This document shows, in pieces, positions 46,136 through 51,270 of a stretch of DNA of 51,270 nt. The position numbers and the translations under genes are program-made. Source of the DNA: an archaeon (lineage in GTDB: Archaea; Nanobdellota; Nanobdellia; Woesearchaeales; UBA9642); contig JAZDHK010000026.1 of the NCBI GenBank assembly GCA_043806035.1, positions 1-51,270 of the forward strand, given 5' to 3'. The notes beneath the pieces are model-generated. The model saw nothing but the letters and a program-made list of their open reading frames with translations, searched no databases and had not been told where the DNA came from. Every line of letters starts with the position of its first letter. The first letter of the stretch is position 1.

Positions 46136-46600
46136 TCAGCAGTCAGGCAAGTTATCCACGGCTATGGCACCGTTCACGCAATACACGATTTTGCCGCCAA
46201 CATTCACGAACGGCTTGAGCTCTGCATGCATCGCGCCAATTTTGGTGAACGAGAGACTCTTCGTCAGGACGGCACCGCTCGGGAGCGCTGAGCCGGGAAG
46301 CGGCTGATCAATCTCATTGCCCTGATCGTCGATGGTGAAGAGGTCTATCTTCTCTATGGGCTCTGCGCCTGCATTCTCTATCCTGAAGAACAACTCACGT
46401 TTCTGCACATCATAGCAGAATGCCTTGGACGAACCTATGGTCTTCTGGACCAGGCGCACGTCATCGCACGTATTCGGTTTTTTCGGGTCGACAGGGATTT
46501 GTGATGCCCAATTCATGATCATTGCTCCCAGGGCAACAGCGAATGCGATGAGCAACACCGTTGCTATAAGCGGACTGATACCTCTTTTCCCGACAAACAT
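46136..46600 (-). CDS. Archaeal type IV pilin/archaellin-like protein
   Basis: KRGISPLIATVLLIAFAVALG class III signal peptide. Confidence 0.88.
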   Translation of the reverse strand: MFVGKRGISPLIATVLLIAFAVALGAMIMNWASQIPVDPKKPNTCDDVRLVQKTIGSSKAFCYDVQKRELFFRIENAGAEPIEKIDLFTIDDQGNEIDQPLPGSALPSGAVLTKSLSFTKIGAMHAELKPFVNVGGKIVYCVNGAIAVDNLPDC

Positions 46601-46723
46601 ACAAACTACTGAGAACAGACTATTTAAAAATGTAGCGCCTCTGCAGCAGAAGCATCGCAACCAGGTACCGTTCAGCAATGAAGCACGGGCGGAGCTATTA
46701 GGCAGTATGTTCTTGAGGTAGGT

Positions 46724-47068
46724 CTAGGAAAATCCCTGCAATCCCATCTTGAGCACTACGTCTCTTATTTCACGTATCGTCTCTTGCTGGTGCTTCTTAT
46801 CTGACATCCTCACGAATCGCAGCAACAAGTCAGTAAGCTCTTCTGCTGAGAACATCTTGAGTTTAAAACCGTCGGTCAAGAAATAGAACCTGAACGTCTT
46901 ATATTTAATCTCTTTAATCAGTATACCTCCAACAGTTCCTAGAATTTTACCTTTTCGTGGATTGTCTTCGAGCGTATACATCAGGTCGATGACTTCATTC
47001 GCCTCACTTCTGCTGAATTTTTTCTTTATAGCAAGAACAAGTGACGTGAGTATTTCGACTTTTGCCAT
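46724..47068 (-). CDS. Putative RelE-like toxin
   Basis: LEDNPRKGK..IKEIKYKTFRFYF; small AT-rich two-gene module. Confidence 0.6.
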   Translation of the reverse strand: MAKVEILTSLVLAIKKKFSRSEANEVIDLMYTLEDNPRKGKILGTVGGILIKEIKYKTFRFYFLTDGFKLKMFSAEELTDLLLRFVRMSDKKHQQETIREIRDVVLKMGLQGFS

Positions 47069-47069
47069 C

Positions 47070-47261
47070 TTACTCGTTAATCATACGTCTGGCTTCTGCA
47101 AGAGAAACCGTGTTCTCTGATGACATCAAGAATTGTCGTAGTTGTTCTTTTACCGCGAGTGCATACATTCGTTTAATGATGTCTTCATAGGAATCCTCTT
47201 TTCTCCCAAAGGTGCCTATGAGTTCCTTTGTCTCCTTGCTTAGTTGTATGGTCGATATCAT
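47070..47261 (-). CDS. Putative antitoxin (RHH/VapB-like)
   Basis: MISTIQLSKETKELI...SYEDIIKRM; immediately upstream of the toxin-like gene, TATA at ~47287. Confidence 0.7.
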   Translation of the reverse strand: MISTIQLSKETKELIGTFGRKEDSYEDIIKRMYALAVKEQLRQFLMSSENTVSLAEARRMINE

Positions 47262-47401
47262 TCTATAGCTACAATAGTGACCATAGTATATAAATCTTTT
47301 GATATAGTATTCGAAAAAATGACGATGTATCCGTACAGAGATGTCATAACAAATTAGAGTCCTTGCGAGCCTCGGCCGGGTGAGTGTTTGGGCTGGACTG
47401 T

Positions 47402-48163
47402 TCAGAAAACACGACGTCGCTGCAGCATCTCCTCTTCCATGAAGTGCAGCTTCCCAGGAATGATGAGTGCGTGCGGCGGCTTGCCGAAATCCCTCTCCAG
47501 CAGTTCTCCTGCCGTCCCCGAAAGAATGATTTCTGTGCTGCTGCCGATGCGTGCAATGCCGATGCACAGCGTTTTTCCCGAGAAGACTCCTTCTTTCTTT
47601 CTTCTTTCCGTCTCCAGCAAATACGTCAGTGCCTCGTTGACAGACATGAATCGTTGCTTGTCTGCCTGGATGTCGAGCAGCAATAACGTGTGCATGCCCA
47701 ACGAGAGATTGTCTTTGAGTGCAAGATAGGGCGTGTCGATGTACCTGCCGTCACTATAGGGTATGCTCGTTGTTTTGCCAAACTTGTACAGTTCAAGGCC
47801 TATCTTCCCTATGGCAGTGAGGATGGATGCATTATGCACGACCCCGACAAGAACACCTGCGTTGAGCGCACGCAGATAAAGATCAGTGTGCGTCGTCGCT
47901 CCAAAAACATCGCCGATGACGAGAAAAGCGACGTCTTTCTTCTTCGCTTCTGCAACAACTGCATCCCCTTTTTTCTCGACAAAATCCCTATCGGCGAGAA
48001 TGACTTTTTTTCCATACAATTTCTCAAGAGAGGAAAGAGGAACGTGCAGGAGCGACGTGTAGCTCTCCAGATAAACAACGTCTGCCTTCCTGACGAGCTC
48101 CAGCCCTTTCAGCGTTATGTCGTTCTCGTCATTCAATCCTATGCCGATGAGAAACAATGCCAT
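47402..48163 (-). CDS. dph5: Diphthine synthase
   Basis: IGIGL.DE.DITLKGLE, YLESYTS, ATTHTDL, NASI, LYKFGKTTSI, HTLLLLDI, FGKPPH.LIIPG.LHFMEEE. Confidence 0.96.
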   Translation of the reverse strand: MALFLIGIGLNDENDITLKGLELVRKADVVYLESYTSLLHVPLSSLEKLYGKKVILADRDFVEKKGDAVVAEAKKKDVAFLVIGDVFGATTHTDLYLRALNAGVLVGVVHNASILTAIGKIGLELYKFGKTTSIPYSDGRYIDTPYLALKDNLSLGMHTLLLLDIQADKQRFMSVNEALTYLLETERRKKEGVFSGKTLCIGIARIGSSTEIILSGTAGELLERDFGKPPHALIIPGKLHFMEEEMLQRRRVF

Positions 48164-48205
48164 AGCACCTAGCAAATACGTATCATTTTATAAACGTTAA
48201 GAAAA

Positions 48206-49108
48206 TCAATCCGTATCCGTCTTCTGCAGAATCAATAAGTCTTCCGTCGTGAGCTTCTTGCCCTGCTTGAGCTTCTCCTTCACTTCTGATTCCAATTCCT
48301 TGAGGATCTGCGTTTCCGCTTTTTGCTTCTCTTCCTTCTGCTTCTGTTTCTTCTTCTTGATCTCTCCCTGCAGTTGGTGCAAAACAGAATATTTTTCCTT
48401 AAGCATTTCAGCGTCTTCTTGGATGTCCTTGATGATGTCCTTGTACGTGTCCTCGAGTTCCTGCTCTTCCTTCTTGAGCTGGTCTAGCTCCTCGCTGAGC
48501 TTGAGCAGCTGCGTATGATATTCCTGGCTGCTCTTCGCAAACGTTTGCAGTTCATCATGCACGGCATCCGCATCGTGCTTGAGCTTGCGTATCTCAGAAC
48601 TGAGCGCGTGCGCCTGCTTGTTCTGCTTCGACGATTCCACTGCCGTCTCGAGCTTGCGCTTCATGTCCTTGATTGCCTTCATGAGTGTCCGTTCCTTATC
48701 AAAAGAAACACCTTCGTGCTCTATCTTGAATTCCATCTTCTCTATCTGCTCACGCAAATATCTCGGGCTGTCCCCACGCATCTCTCGCCCGTCACGCCTT
48801 CCCCCGTATCTTCCTTCAGGTCGTGCTTCGTGCTTCTCCTGAGGAATGGTCTTGAGTTCAACGATCTTCTTCTTGATTTCATCATTCAGGACAGTCCTTT
48901 GTTCCTTTGCCTCACGCACCTTCACCGTCAGCTCATCACGCTTGTGCCTCGCTTCCTTGAGCAGGCCTATCTTCTCCCGAATACTTCGTGAAAGCTCACG
49001 TTTACGCGCTAGAATGTCCTCACGCTTTGCCGCATGCCCTTCCTTGGTAGACTGCACATCATGCACTGCTGACTGAACATTGGTCAGGTCCGGTTGTTGT
49101 TCTTCCAT
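48206..49108 (-). CDS. Archaeal coiled-coil protein (COG1340-like)
   Basis: Extended heptad repeats; RDEL..KV, ending KLKQGKKLTTEDLLILQ. Confidence 0.78.
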   Translation of the reverse strand: MEEQQPDLTNVQSAVHDVQSTKEGHAAKREDILARKRELSRSIREKIGLLKEARHKRDELTVKVREAKEQRTVLNDEIKKKIVELKTIPQEKHEARPEGRYGGRRDGREMRGDSPRYLREQIEKMEFKIEHEGVSFDKERTLMKAIKDMKRKLETAVESSKQNKQAHALSSEIRKLKHDADAVHDELQTFAKSSQEYHTQLLKLSEELDQLKKEEQELEDTYKDIIKDIQEDAEMLKEKYSVLHQLQGEIKKKKQKQKEEKQKAETQILKELESEVKEKLKQGKKLTTEDLLILQKTDTD

Positions 49109-49146
49109 TGCTCCTCAACTCGAAAAAAGCAAAAAATTACAAGGAC

Positions 49147-49452
49147 TTAGCCAAAAAGGGCGCCAAGACCAGCGGCTGCTGCCTCTTCTGTCTTCTTGTC
49201 GTCCTTCTTCTCTTCCTTTTTGTGCTCGTCCTTCTTGCCTTCATGACCTTGCGCAGCAGGTGCTGGCGCAGCCATGACACTGGCATTCTTGATGGCATCG
49301 TCGATGTTCACGCCATTGAGCGCTGCAACGACACTTTTTACTCTTCCGTCGTCGACGGCAACTCCTGCCGCCTCGAGCACCTTCTTGACTTGCGCCTCGT
49401 CGATGGTCTTTCCTGCCTTGTGTAAGAGCATTGCCGCGTAGATGTATTCCAT
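49147..49452 (-). CDS. rpl12: 50S ribosomal stalk protein P1 (L12Ae)
   Basis: MEYIYAAMLLH...AAAAGLGALFG. Confidence 0.97.
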   Translation of the reverse strand: MEYIYAAMLLHKAGKTIDEAQVKKVLEAAGVAVDDGRVKSVVAALNGVNIDDAIKNASVMAAPAPAAQGHEGKKDEHKKEEKKDDKKTEEAAAAGLGALFG

Positions 49453-49464
49453 TGGTTTCCCTCC

Positions 49465-50319
49465 TTAGTTTATCATACCCTGCAGGGCAGCGGCTTGCGC
49501 CTCTGCCTTTGCTAAAATCAGTTCTTTCGTAGCATCCGTCATGACTCCTTGCTCGACAGCAAGCACGAATGCATCCTTATGTGCCTTGCCCAGGAGCAGC
49601 GGAGCAGTATCCTTCGTCGTGTAGACAATCTCGATCGCGACCGCATTCGCCTCCCTGACCAATAACTGGATGTCTCGTACGAACTTGTCCGTGTCAATGT
49701 CGAGGATGCTCTTCGTCAGAATCTCTCCTTTCTCATACGCTGCGACGAGATCGAGCCCTATCTCCATGGGCTCTATGCCGAGACGGGTCAGCAGCCCTGC
49801 CAATTTCGCATTGACCACCGTTCCTTCTTTGGCGACGACGCAGTCTTCCTTGATAGCGACTTTGCCGTTCTCGATGCCTGCCTTGATCCTGAATTGCCCT
49901 AATTCACCAATGACCGGACCTGGTGCAAAAGATGTGGGTCCTGCAGGGACGACGATGTCATTGGGTGCGGTCTGCCCGCCTTTGATCGCCGATGCGGACT
50001 TGTTCTTCTTGAGGACAGCGAAGAGCTTGAAGGGGCTTTCCTTGCTGAACAGCAGGGCAGGCATGCCTTTCAAGTGCTTAGCAAGATCCTGCACGTTTTC
50101 CTTCTTGCTCTGCTCGATAGCACGCTTGATGATGGTGCGCTTGGTCATGATAATGACGACTTGCTCTCTGAGATTCTCACGCATTTTCTGCAATTGCCTG
50201 GCAGGAAGGTTCTCGAGATTGAGCACGGCAACAACAGGATACTGCTCAATGAGCTTGGCAAGTCTCTCCGACGTGTCCAGCTTCCATTGCGCGACGTGTT
50301 TTGCTTTGTGCATTTCCAT
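49465..50319 (-). CDS. rpl10: 50S ribosomal protein L10 (P0)
   Basis: HVAQWK, QLQKMR, PAGPTSFAPGP, LGIEPMEIGL. Confidence 0.96.
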   Translation of the reverse strand: MEMHKAKHVAQWKLDTSERLAKLIEQYPVVAVLNLENLPARQLQKMRENLREQVVIIMTKRTIIKRAIEQSKKENVQDLAKHLKGMPALLFSKESPFKLFAVLKKNKSASAIKGGQTAPNDIVVPAGPTSFAPGPVIGELGQFRIKAGIENGKVAIKEDCVVAKEGTVVNAKLAGLLTRLGIEPMEIGLDLVAAYEKGEILTKSILDIDTDKFVRDIQLLVREANAVAIEIVYTTKDTAPLLLGKAHKDAFVLAVEQGVMTDATKELILAKAEAQAAALQGMIN

Positions 50320-50972
50320 TATTCCACCTTGATGGGCTTGCCCATGGTGAGTTTGAGGTAGATGCTCTTGACGTTGTTCTTCTCAAGAGGCAGGTGACGA
50401 AGAAGTTGGTTGTAGAGGTCGAAAAGATTGTCGGCGAGCTGTTCATCGCTCATGGTTTCCTTGCCGACGAACAAATGGATGATCATGCGCTGCTTTGCGG
50501 CGACCCTGACGAGTTTTTGCAGGCGCTCATGCAATGGTTTCAAGGCGGCATTGCCCGGCACGACACAGCCCGCCTTTGGATTGGGCATCTTCCCTCTCGG
50601 ACCTAACGTCCTGCCGAATGCTGCAGCCACTTGCGTCATGATATTCGCTTGAGCGACAAAATACGTGTAGTCCTTCGCGAGCTGCTTTGCCAATTTCTTG
50701 TTCTTCTGATATTTCTCGAACTCGTCGGTCGTGATGGTGAGGTCGAATGACTGCTTGCTCTGGTCCACCAGTTCTGGGCCGACAAGCCCGCACACCTTCA
50801 CAGGATTGCCTCGCTCGTGATGCAGCGTGACGAAGAAGTCAACATTATGCTCGGGTTTCTTGAAGTCAAGGTCCTGCAGGTTGACGATGAAGTCCACTGA
50901 TTGCGCAAAGTTGCGTTTCTGTGCCTCGGCCTTCAACTTCTTGATGTATGTGAGCGCTTTTTCCCTATCCAT
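50319..50972 (-). CDS. rpl1: 50S ribosomal protein L1
   Basis: KRNFAQSVD, GRTLGPRGKMP, VGKETM..QL..N, LTMGKP. Confidence 0.96.
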   Translation of the reverse strand: MDREKALTYIKKLKAEAQKRNFAQSVDFIVNLQDLDFKKPEHNVDFFVTLHHERGNPVKVCGLVGPELVDQSKQSFDLTITTDEFEKYQKNKKLAKQLAKDYTYFVAQANIMTQVAAAFGRTLGPRGKMPNPKAGCVVPGNAALKPLHERLQKLVRVAAKQRMIIHLFVGKETMSDEQLADNLFDLYNQLLRHLPLEKNNVKSIYLKLTMGKPIKVE

Positions 50973-50984
50973 GATGCCCTCCTA

Positions 50985-51078
50985 TGCCGTTCGGCTTAGT
51001 TCCTCACCGACGCAAGAAAATCCCCACGGATTTTCCGCGCAAGAGTCTTGCTCTTCGCGCAAGAAACGTCAGGTGATG
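50985..51078 (-). promoter_or_regulatory. Candidate structured 5' leader of the rpl1-rpl10-rpl12 operon
   Basis: Closing stem TCACC-GACG/CGTC-A-GGTGA enclosing hairpins GAAAATCC/GGATTTTC and GCGC-AAGAG/CTCTT-C-GCGC; TATA-like TTTATAAA at ~51108. Confidence 0.45.
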
Positions 51079-51270
51079 ACGGGATAGGCTGTGGGAAAAA
51101 AGGGCTATTTATAAATGTTGCGCATGCAGCAGTATCTCCGATTGAGTGAGTTGTTCTCGTCAGCTTTTTCCTGTTGGGTAACTTTTTGAGGGAGTTCCCT
51201 CAAAAAATCATATTTGTTCACCCCGATTCTGCTGTGTTGGCGGTCGGTATGCTGTGCAGTTCTTGAGAGC

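Noticed and set aside
45241-46218. 325-aa plus-strand ORF (and similar long antisense ORFs, e.g. 2045-2797, 41318-42085, 49670-50332)
   Set aside because: Shadow frames opposite clearly recognisable genes, with no protein-like motifs.

Overview
Archaeal chromosomal DNA, most consistent with a DPANN (Woesearchaeota-like) genome. Evidence: archaeal rpl1-rpl10(P0)-rpl12(P1), dph5, pth2, class III signal-peptide pilins, a PGF-pre-PGF surface protein, TrmB/Lrp/AbrB-PhoU regulators and an intron-containing tRNA-Thr. The standout feature is a ~14 kb, 16-gene, single-strand cluster (6749-20573, minus strand). It holds a complete NAD+ salvage route (pncA, pncB, nadD, nadM-like, glutamine-dependent nadE, NAD kinase, Nudix ADP-ribose hydrolase) and its bacterial-type regulator NrtR. 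Interleaved and translationally coupled are non-metabolic genes: an SPFH scaffold with an atypical NAD-kinase-like protein, a Ser/Thr kinase, a vWA protein, a truncated pyruvate-kinase-like enzyme, a methyltransferase and two unknown ORFs. Three tandem NrtR-like GT-N7-AC boxes sit just downstream of the cluster's TATA box. The rest of the window has surface/adhesion proteins, two toxin-antitoxin pairs, housekeeping genes, candidate structured RNAs and two paralogous small acidic proteins. All calls come from motif reading by eye, with no database searches.
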